Part shown: positions 30,055 to 37,427 of the stretch, piece after piece
How positions within the stretch are numbered: position 1 is the first letter of the stretch
Layout of the letters: each line of letters starts with the position of its first letter
Source: Candidatus Nanopelagicales bacterium
GTDB lineage: Bacteria > Actinomycetota > Actinomycetes > S36-B12 > UBA5976
NCBI GenBank assembly: GCA_049428425.1
Contig: JBMTAF010000001.1
Span: 3,464-67,463 of the forward strand
Direction of reading: 5' to 3'
DNA length: 64,000 nucleotides
Made by a program: the position numbers and the translations under genes
Notes under the pieces: model-generated
The model's input: the letters and a program-made list of their open reading frames with translations, nothing else
Databases searched by the model: none
Told to the model about the DNA's origin: nothing

Positions 30055-30447
30055 ATGCGAAAATACATAGCTTTAATTGTTACGCTGATGCTGGCTCTTG
30101 CTGGTTGCTCGAATTCAGCTAACAGTTCAGTCACTGATTTAAGTGTCGCTGACTTCGCAAACACAATAGCTACCGAAGATGTAGTTATTTTGGATGTGCG
30201 AACACCAGGTGAATTCACCACGGGACACATTGCAAATGCAATCAATATCGATGCTGAAAGCGGTAGCTTTGCTAGCCAAATTGAATCTTTAGACAAAACA
30301 AAAACGTATGCTGTCTATTGTCGTAGCGGTAATCGATCAGGTAACGCAACCAAAATCATGGCAGAGGCTGGGTTTACCAGTTTGTACAACATGTTGGGCG
30401 GAACTATTGATTGGACAAATTCCGGCTTCCCACTAACAACTAACTAA
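30055..30447 (+). CDS. Rhodanese-domain lipoprotein
   Basis: Lipobox LALAGC after a signal peptide, and rhodanese active-site loop CRSGNRSG. Confidence 0.8.
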   Translation: MRKYIALIVTLMLALAGCSNSANSSVTDLSVADFANTIATEDVVILDVRTPGEFTTGHIANAINIDAESGSFASQIESLDKTKTYAVYCRSGNRSGNATKIMAEAGFTSLYNMLGGTIDWTNSGFPLTTN

Positions 30448-30461
30448 AGAAGGAAACAGAT

Positions 30462-30638
30462 ATGTGCTCAAGAGTTACCTGTCGCAGTTGCAATAAGCCA
30501 ACTTGGTCCGGCTGTGGAAATCACATAGAGGAAGCGTTAGCGGGAGTTGCTAAGAAGGATCGTTGCCAATGCGGAAGCAGTTCGACAGCAACGACCCTTA
30601 AATCTGGTGGATTCTTCTCGAAACTCTTTGGAAATTAA
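30462..30638 (+). CDS. Small Cys-rich protein, 58 aa, below the ORF-track cutoff
   Basis: ATG lies 6 nt after GAAGGA and 14 nt after the rhodanese lipoprotein stop. Translation: MCSRVTCRSCNKPTWSGCGNHIEEALAGVAKKDRCQCGSSSTATTLKSGGFFSKLFGN (6 Cys). Confidence 0.45.
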   Translation: MCSRVTCRSCNKPTWSGCGNHIEEALAGVAKKDRCQCGSSSTATTLKSGGFFSKLFGN

Positions 30639-30641
30639 TCT

Positions 30642-30680
30642 TTACTCCGGGTTGATTAGTTCATCATCAACCCGGAGTAA
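30642..30680. terminator. Perfect 15-bp inverted repeat (TTACTCCGGGTTGAT-N9-ATCAACCCGGAGTAA) embedded in the last 13 codons of the S51 peptidase gene
   Basis: Read directly: arms 30642-30656 and 30666-30680 are exact reverse complements. It sits at the junction of convergent genes. There is no adjacent U-tract, so terminator function is inferred. Confidence 0.45.
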
Positions 30681-31379
30681 CTCACCGGGCAAAAGCGAAT
30701 GATCATGTTTGGTTAGGACAGTGGCTTTGCCGTATCCCCAAACTTCCCACACACGACTTTCGCCAGTGCTTACCAGAGCGGTATTTTCATCAATTCCAAT
30801 AGGCAAAATTTCTGAAGACGTTCGTCCCAAGAATTTCGCCATTGGTTTTGGTATCCATCCAAAGTATCGATCAAAATGTGGCAATACTTTCAGCCTCTCG
30901 GCAACATTTAGACCGGGTGTAGCAGCTGCGGTTAACTTAAATGGATTTGCGACTTCAGCAGATAGCGCCATAGCACCGGCGCTGCAACCAGCTAATGATG
31001 AACCAGATCTCCAGTTCTGCCAAATGGTTTCGAAAAGCGGTGAGCCGCGCAAGGTATCGGTCAGATAGATTGGATTGCCGCCGGATAAATAAATAAGTGC
31101 CGCATCTTCAATTTGTTGACATAAGGCATGATTCAACGTATCTGCTTTTTCATACGCTTCGACAAATACTGCTTCTACGCCGATTCGATCTGCTTGTGCT
31201 TGGCCCAATTCGCGCCAACGTTGCAGGCTTGCATACCCTTCTTGACCGGCAGCGGTTGCAAGTTGCACAAACTTAGGCTTTTTGCCATTGGCAACACCCT
31301 GCTCAATTAACTTTTGTTCAAGAGGTTCCATCGAAAGCAAATACTCGCCAGAGCCAACTAAGGCAATTGTTCCTGCCAT
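30642..31379 (-). CDS. Peptidase S51 / type 1 glutamine amidotransferase-like protein (cyanophycinase/dipeptidase E family)
   Basis: IYLSGGNP and GCSAGAMAL (nucleophile Ser) motifs, 245 aa. Confidence 0.7.
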   Translation of the reverse strand: MAGTIALVGSGEYLLSMEPLEQKLIEQGVANGKKPKFVQLATAAGQEGYASLQRWRELGQAQADRIGVEAVFVEAYEKADTLNHALCQQIEDAALIYLSGGNPIYLTDTLRGSPLFETIWQNWRSGSSLAGCSAGAMALSAEVANPFKLTAAATPGLNVAERLKVLPHFDRYFGWIPKPMAKFLGRTSSEILPIGIDENTALVSTGESRVWEVWGYGKATVLTKHDHSLLPGELLRVDDELINPE

Positions 31380-31442
31380 GCCCTCTCGATCCCAAAGAAA
31401 AATAGAGTTGCCTCTAAACTGTTGCTAAGTCTAGGGGGATAA

Positions 31443-31637
31443 TTGAGCAATCGATCTATTTCATATGCCGGAATTGCGCTGGCACTTTTAGCCTTTCTCA
31501 TTACATTTGATTGGGGCGAATCAAATCCTGACCAACTCTCGGCATCAGAGGCACTTACCACTTCCGCAGCGGTCTATATCATGGTTTTTGTGGTGCTCAA
31601 GCTTTTTGCTTGGTTAATATCTAAGCTTCGCGACTGA
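31443..31637 (+). CDS. Small two-TM membrane protein (hypothetical)
   Basis: 64 aa with two clear hydrophobic helices. TTG start and a weak RBS. The competing minus-strand ORF 31358-31561 looks less protein-like. Confidence 0.35.
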   Translation: MSNRSISYAGIALALLAFLITFDWGESNPDQLSASEALTTSAAVYIMVFVVLKLFAWLISKLRD

Positions 31638-32832
31638 CCGATTCAAATTTATCAGCCAATATGCCGGCTGCCCACTTTTTTGTACCTAATGAAATGAGTC
31701 GGTCCTCTATCAAGCTGCTTTCGGTAACCTGATCTTCAGCCCAGCAATACTTACGGAGACTGTCAGGGGAAATCAGTACTTCGGGTGAGATTCCAAGATC
31801 AACTGCAACCTCATTTGTTGCGGGGCGATATTTAATCCACCTTTGGTGCGCGGCTGGATTTATCTCTTCCCATGATTTTGGATTAGGGATAACATCATCT
31901 CGTTTTACAGTTCGTGGCAATTCTGATTCTGGCAGTTGTTTTGCCTCATTTATTGCATCTAGCCAAAGATCCAAATAATCCAGGGCATTACCGCGCAAAT
32001 ACTTTCGCAACTGGTCTTTATTTATATCGGAATTAACTGCAAACTTTGTAATCGCAATTATTGCCCGATCATTAAGTAATCTGCCAGGTGAAATGTCGAG
32101 TTGTCGAGCAAGAGAATCTCGAATTTCCCAAATCTCTTTAACTATTGCTTTTTGCCGCCGCTGTGGGAGTTCATGCATGCCTGAAGTTCGACGCCACTGG
32201 TCTGGCCTAGTTTGGTTCGGAGTAAAACTGAGGAGTTGATTGAATTCTTGTTCTGCCCAGTGTGCTCGATTCGTGTCGTTAAGTTGTTTCTCGAGCTCAC
32301 TTTTCAGATCAGGTAATAACTCCACATCAAGAGCGGCGTAATTGAGCCAATCTGACTGCAATGGTCTAATTGACCAATTCACTGCCGAATGCTCTTTTGC
32401 TAATGAGACATTGAGTAGTGATTCAGTAAGTGATGCTAATCCAACCTTTGGCAATCCTAAAAGTTTGGCAGCTAACTCAGTGTCAAACAACTTCGGAGGA
32501 TATAGTCCTAATTCATTAAGGCATGGCAAGTCTTGGGTAGCAGCGTGCAAAATCCAAGGGATAGAATTCAAATATTCCCTTAACGGTGAAATATCCAATC
32601 CAATTGGATCAATTAGCACAATTTTGGAATTGGCTCGAAATAGCTGAATCAAATATGCTCGTTGGAAATAACGATAACCAGATGCTCGTTCAGCATCTAT
32701 TGCAATGCTGCCACTTCCTTGCCTTAATGTGTCTATCGCCAAATTCAAGTCAGCTGAGTTATTGATAACAGGTAAAACTGGATTGACGGGGGAGACTCTT
32801 AACGGTGCGGTTTCATTTTCAGTTTCGGACAC
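31621..32832 (-). CDS. rnd: Ribonuclease D (3'-5' exonuclease with HRDC domain)
   Basis: DEDD exonuclease motifs (IAIDAERAS, HAATQDL, YAALDV) and a C-terminal HRDC-like region. Confidence 0.8.
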   Translation of the reverse strand: MSETENETAPLRVSPVNPVLPVINNSADLNLAIDTLRQGSGSIAIDAERASGYRYFQRAYLIQLFRANSKIVLIDPIGLDISPLREYLNSIPWILHAATQDLPCLNELGLYPPKLFDTELAAKLLGLPKVGLASLTESLLNVSLAKEHSAVNWSIRPLQSDWLNYAALDVELLPDLKSELEKQLNDTNRAHWAEQEFNQLLSFTPNQTRPDQWRRTSGMHELPQRRQKAIVKEIWEIRDSLARQLDISPGRLLNDRAIIAITKFAVNSDINKDQLRKYLRGNALDYLDLWLDAINEAKQLPESELPRTVKRDDVIPNPKSWEEINPAAHQRWIKYRPATNEVAVDLGISPEVLISPDSLRKYCWAEDQVTESSLIEDRLISLGTKKWAAGILADKFESVSREA

Positions 32833-32899
32833 AGCGCTAGCGTAGGCAAAAAAACAATCTTTTTTGGGATTTGTGCTAGTTGGATCAACCTAACCATGA

Positions 32900-33424
32900 T
32901 TACTTGATTGTGGTAACGCCTTCGGGATCAACTCCGGCCGCTAAACAAACTAATTCACCCCATGCGGAGACGTGCCGATCAACCTCGGTAACTGCTGGCG
33001 GACTCCAAGATGCGCGAATTTCGATTGTTGACGGACTCTCTTCGTCAATTGCGCCAAAGCCTTTTGAGGAGGTCCGGGTTACAGTTCCCGACAGCTCAAT
33101 CGCAGTAGCATCGAATTTACTCAACGACTCTTCCAGCCACTTCCAGGCAATCTGCAAAATTAAGGGATCATCAGCTAGTTCATTCTCGATCTCAGCCTTA
33201 ATGAAAATCACAACTCGCACCGTGGAATTCCAGGCCGGGTCACCGGCGGGGTTATAAAGAATCACCACTCTGGAATCAGCGAAGTGCGTCGGCGTATTTA
33301 TCTCACCCAGCAGGGATACCCCATGTGGGGCTAGCTTCTTGGGTGCTGGCGCAGCCACCACCTGTAAATCTGGGCGAAAAGTCGCCGATTCGGCCAGTTT
33401 TTCAAACTCTTCTGCGCTGAGCAT
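32900..33424 (-). CDS. DUF3000 family protein
   Basis: 174 aa, the conserved actinobacterial partner upstream of rnd. Confidence 0.6.
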   Translation of the reverse strand: MLSAEEFEKLAESATFRPDLQVVAAPAPKKLAPHGVSLLGEINTPTHFADSRVVILYNPAGDPAWNSTVRVVIFIKAEIENELADDPLILQIAWKWLEESLSKFDATAIELSGTVTRTSSKGFGAIDEESPSTIEIRASWSPPAVTEVDRHVSAWGELVCLAAGVDPEGVTTIK

Positions 33425-33522
33425 GCCTCACGATAAGAGAGAAACCTCGAAATTGGCCAAACCAACTCGCACTCCCTAGGGATTTTTAGGCCGGGGACCA
33501 TTGGGGAGGTTGCCCGGGAATT

Positions 33523-33588
33523 TGGGAGAAAAGTGGGTGAAGGGAGTTGACTTTGGGTCTAAATGGAGTAAAGTGGGGGAAAGTGGAG
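33523..33588 (+). promoter_or_regulatory. Candidate mraZ promoter overlapped by phased TGGG/GTGG direct repeats (putative MraZ operator array)
   Basis: -35 TTGACT (33547-33552), 16-bp spacer, -10 TAAAGT (33569-33574). TGG(G/A) boxes start at 33523, 33534, 33554, 33564, 33574 and 33584; the last four are exactly 10 bp apart, and three sit in AAAGTGG context. Confidence 0.5.
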
Positions 33589-33631
33589 AATATCCACGCA
33601 GAGATATGAATTCCGGGGGGAGGGTGTACTG

Positions 33632-34063
33632 ATGTTTCTCGGCACCCATGAACCTCGGTTGGATGACAAGGGCCGTCTTGTTTTACCAGCAAAATTCCGA
33701 GAGGGACTAGCTGCTGGTGTGGTACTTACTAAGGGCCAAGACCGATCTTTAGTGCTTTGGCCAATGGTGGAATTCAGCGCCTATGCCGATCGCCTTCGAG
33801 AAGCTTCTCGAACCGATGCTCGAGTGCGCAGTTACCTCCGCGTCTTCTTCTCGAGCGCGTTCGACCAGGTTCCGGACAAGCAGGGTCGAATTAACATCCC
33901 AAATAGTCTGCGTGACTATGCCGGGCTTGATCGGGAAGTTGTAGTAGTTGGCGCTGATACCACCATTGAAGTTTGGGATTCCGTAACTTGGAATACCTAT
34001 TTAACTAATGCGGAACCGAAGTTCGCCGATATCTCTGAGGAGGTAGTACCAGGCGTTTTCTAA
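33632..34063 (+). CDS. mraZ: Transcriptional regulator MraZ
   Basis: Duplicated DxxxR motifs: LDDKGRLVLPAKFRE and PDKQGRINIPNSLRDYAGL. 143 aa, first gene of the dcw cluster. Confidence 0.95.
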   Translation: MFLGTHEPRLDDKGRLVLPAKFREGLAAGVVLTKGQDRSLVLWPMVEFSAYADRLREASRTDARVRSYLRVFFSSAFDQVPDKQGRINIPNSLRDYAGLDREVVVVGADTTIEVWDSVTWNTYLTNAEPKFADISEEVVPGVF

Positions 34064-34316
34064 TCGATCAGTTTTGGCCTCTCGCCGCTGCACTCCGATA
34101 CGTCTTCCCCCGTAGCGGAAAGCAGTAGCAGCGGAGGGGGACCTGAATTGATCGGGATTAACACTCAACAACCAGGGGGCAATATGAATCATGTTTTAGG
34201 TGTCAGCAAACGAAATATGAAGTTCAAACTTCGAAGCGTGATTGCCGTTAGACGAAATCGCGAAATCTTGGCTAACTCAACTCCAGCATTACTAGCAGTA
34301 GGCAGATAGCCCAATA

Positions 34317-35285
34317 ATGTCTATTTCGGTTGAGCATGTTCCAGTAATGGTTGATCGCATAGTTGAACTATTGTCGCCAGCTTTAACTGGCGATGAGTCA
34401 ATTATGGTCGACGCAACTCTAGGTGCTGCTGGTCATGCAACCGTATTTCTTAAGTTATTTCCAAAGTTGCAGATAATTGGGATCGATCGTGATCCACAAG
34501 CGGCCCAGTTAGCACTTTCAAATCTAACTTCTACATTTGGCGAAAACGTAACGTCTAGATTTCGGATGCTAGAGGTCGAATACGATCAAATTGAGAGTGC
34601 TGTTAAACAGCTTCAGATTTCAGAGGTCGATGCAGTGCTGTTCGATCTTGGTGTTTCAAGTATGCAACTAGATCAGCAAAACCGTGGTTTTTCTTATAGT
34701 AAATCTGCACCGCTAGATATGCGGATGAACTCATCAACTGGCGTTACCGCAGCCGAGCTAGTGAATACGGCAGATGTTCGTGATCTAATTCGAATCTTAA
34801 AAGTTTATGGTGAAGAGAAATTTGCAACTCGAATAGCGAATGAAATTGTTAAGGCTAGAAGCAAAACTCCCTTTGAAACCACAGACCAGTTAGTTGCTTT
34901 ACTTTATGAAGTCATCCCAGCTCCAGCACGACGCACTGGTGGTCATCCCGCAAAACGAACTTTCCAAGCTTTGCGAATCGCGGTAAATGATGAATTACAA
35001 ATTCTTGAAAAAGCGATTCCAGCAGCGCTGAACTTACTTAAAGTTGGCGGCCGGATTGCGGTTCTTTCTTACCATTCTCTGGAAGATCGGATTGTAAAAC
35101 AAGCATTCCGAACTGCGATGGGTGAACAACCAATGCCTGGATTGCCACTGCCGCCTGCCCCAGCAAAGTTAAAGTTGCTGACAACAGGTGCGGAGCGACC
35201 AGCAGCAGCTGAAGTAGCGTTAAATCCACGCGCTGCCAGCGCAAAATTACGAGCTGCTGAGATTCTGATTAAGGCTGCCGCATGA
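34317..35285 (+). CDS. rsmH: 16S rRNA (cytosine1402-N4)-methyltransferase
   Basis: HVPVM, DATLGAAGH, DLGVSSMQLD and SYHSLEDRIVK motifs. Confidence 0.95.
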   Translation: MSISVEHVPVMVDRIVELLSPALTGDESIMVDATLGAAGHATVFLKLFPKLQIIGIDRDPQAAQLALSNLTSTFGENVTSRFRMLEVEYDQIESAVKQLQISEVDAVLFDLGVSSMQLDQQNRGFSYSKSAPLDMRMNSSTGVTAAELVNTADVRDLIRILKVYGEEKFATRIANEIVKARSKTPFETTDQLVALLYEVIPAPARRTGGHPAKRTFQALRIAVNDELQILEKAIPAALNLLKVGGRIAVLSYHSLEDRIVKQAFRTAMGEQPMPGLPLPPAPAKLKLLTTGAERPAAAEVALNPRAASAKLRAAEILIKAAA

Positions 35286-35680
35286 GCGCATTAGTAGATT
35301 TTGCATCAGCCAAAGTAGCGGTGATTCGACCACAACTGGGCGTGCTAACTGGCGGCAGAGAAATTGCAATTTCCAAGGTTCGCCCTATTTCAACTTCCTT
35401 TTTCGTCAGCATTGTGGCTTTGCTTATCGCTTCATCGATGATCGGAGTGATTTTTTTACAAGCACTTGTTGCCAAAAGTGCTTTTCAGAAAATTGATCTG
35501 GTTCAGCAACGAACAGAGTTGATTGCTGAGCGGGCTTACCTCATGGAACGTGCCGCACAATTAGAATCACCACAGCTGCTCCGAGAGCGCGCTGAGCGGT
35601 TAGGGATGGTCACGCCAGAACGTCCAACTTACCTAAGACTTTCAGATCAAAAATTGCTTGATGGGCAACGAACTAGATGA
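35282..35680 (+). CDS. ftsL: FtsL-like septum formation protein
   Basis: One TM helix followed by a coiled-coil segment. Lies between rsmH and ftsI with 4-bp overlaps on both sides. Confidence 0.6.
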   Translation: MSALVDFASAKVAVIRPQLGVLTGGREIAISKVRPISTSFFVSIVALLIASSMIGVIFLQALVAKSAFQKIDLVQQRTELIAERAYLMERAAQLESPQLLRERAERLGMVTPERPTYLRLSDQKLLDGQRTR

Positions 35681-37425
35681 CCGACCAACTGGCATTAGCT
35701 AAGCATCGAAAACAATCAAAAGGCAGAATGGTCTTTACTGCACTGCTTTTTTTTGCAATCTTTGTGACCTACACTTCACAACTAGTTAAAATTCAGGCTG
35801 TTGAAGCCGGTGAATTAGCGCAACAAGGGCTTGAAAAGAGATTGCGAGAAGTAGTTGTTCCGGCGATGCGTGGTTCGATTACTGATGTAAATGGCGTAGC
35901 ACTTGCAACTACCGTCCCAGCTTTTAACTTGACCGTGGATCAGACTCGAGTCGTTAAACCTGGCAAAACCGCGACAGAATTGTCGCGAATTCTTGAAATG
36001 CCAGCTGCCGAAATTAAGTCACGTCTTGTTGGTGATAAACGATTCGTTTATTTGGCTAGAGCAGTCACTACACAGACATGGGATCGAATCGCAAACCTAA
36101 AATTGCCAGGCATATATTCTGAACGAACAACCAGGCGGGTTTATCCCTATTCCGACCTGGCAGGAAATGTATTGGGCTTTGTTGGCACTGATGGACATGG
36201 ACTGTCTGGGTTAGAGTCCGGCTTGGAATCAATTCTTGGCGGCAAAGATGGCGTAATGCGCTTTGAAGGCGGCGCTGCTGGTAGAAAAATTCCAGCAACG
36301 GATTCGAGAACTGAAAATGCCGTACCAGGCACGACGGTACGGTTAAGCATTGACCGCGATTTACAGTATGTCGCACAAAATGCCATTGCTAAAAAAGTAA
36401 AAGAGGTCAATGCTGACTGGGGTAGCGTAGTTGTTTTAGAGCCAGCAACTGGTCGATTACTGGCACTTGCCTCGGTTCCAACAGTAAATCCTGCTGAACC
36501 ATTGAAATCGACCATTACAGATCGAAAAAATCGAGCAGTAACCGACATGTTTGAACCTGGCTCAACTGGAAAATTGATGACTTTCGCTGCAGCTTTAGAA
36601 GAAGGTGTGATCCAACCAACTTCCAAGATTAAGGTGCCACCGAGACTCGCACGTCCGGCAAAGGTATTTAATGACCATACCCCACACGGACATCTGAAGT
36701 TAACTGCAAATGGTGTATTGGCCCAAAGCTCAAACATTGGCACAATATTGATTGCGGAGAAACTCCCAAAACCAGAACTATTGCATGACTATTTTGTTAA
36801 GTTCGGCATCGGACAAAGAACTTCGTTAGGTTTTCCAGGCGAATCAGCTGGCGCAATATTGACACCTAGCAAATGGTCCGTAACCACATTTCCTACCATG
36901 GCATTTGGTCAAGGCTATGCAACAACTGCCGTGCAAATGGCTTCAGTTTTTGCAACCATCGCTAATGATGGTGTTCGGATGCCAGTCAGTTTAATTGACG
37001 GCTATGTTGGCAGCGATGGCATTTTTACTCCAGTGAAACCAAAAACTGGCATCGAAGTGGTCTCGCCACAAACTGCAATTACGCTTCGTGAAATGCTCGA
37101 GAGTGTGGTGGGTCCCGAAGGCACGGCACCCTCTGCACAGATCAGCGGTTATCGAGTCGCTGGTAAAACTGGAACTGCGCAGCGGTCAGAACAGGCTTGC
37201 GGCGGTTGCTACTCCGGCTTCACTGCATCGTTTATTGGCATGGCACCCGCGAACAAGCCCAGCATTGTGGTGGCGGTAGTTGTAGATAATCCACGAAATG
37301 GCCATTATGGTGGTGTGATCGGTGGACCAGTATTTAAAGAAGTGGCGACTTTTGCGCTGCAGAAGTTGAAAGTAATGCCACAAGGTGGCAGAGTGGAGAA
37401 AATTCCAACCACCTGGGGTAGGTAG
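35677..37425 (+). CDS. ftsI: Penicillin-binding protein (FtsI, class B transpeptidase)
   Basis: STGK (SxxK), SSN and KTGT motifs, with an N-terminal membrane anchor. Confidence 0.9.
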   Translation: MTDQLALAKHRKQSKGRMVFTALLFFAIFVTYTSQLVKIQAVEAGELAQQGLEKRLREVVVPAMRGSITDVNGVALATTVPAFNLTVDQTRVVKPGKTATELSRILEMPAAEIKSRLVGDKRFVYLARAVTTQTWDRIANLKLPGIYSERTTRRVYPYSDLAGNVLGFVGTDGHGLSGLESGLESILGGKDGVMRFEGGAAGRKIPATDSRTENAVPGTTVRLSIDRDLQYVAQNAIAKKVKEVNADWGSVVVLEPATGRLLALASVPTVNPAEPLKSTITDRKNRAVTDMFEPGSTGKLMTFAAALEEGVIQPTSKIKVPPRLARPAKVFNDHTPHGHLKLTANGVLAQSSNIGTILIAEKLPKPELLHDYFVKFGIGQRTSLGFPGESAGAILTPSKWSVTTFPTMAFGQGYATTAVQMASVFATIANDGVRMPVSLIDGYVGSDGIFTPVKPKTGIEVVSPQTAITLREMLESVVGPEGTAPSAQISGYRVAGKTGTAQRSEQACGGCYSGFTASFIGMAPANKPSIVVAVVVDNPRNGHYGGVIGGPVFKEVATFALQKLKVMPQGGRVEKIPTTWGR

Positions 37426-37427
37426 CA

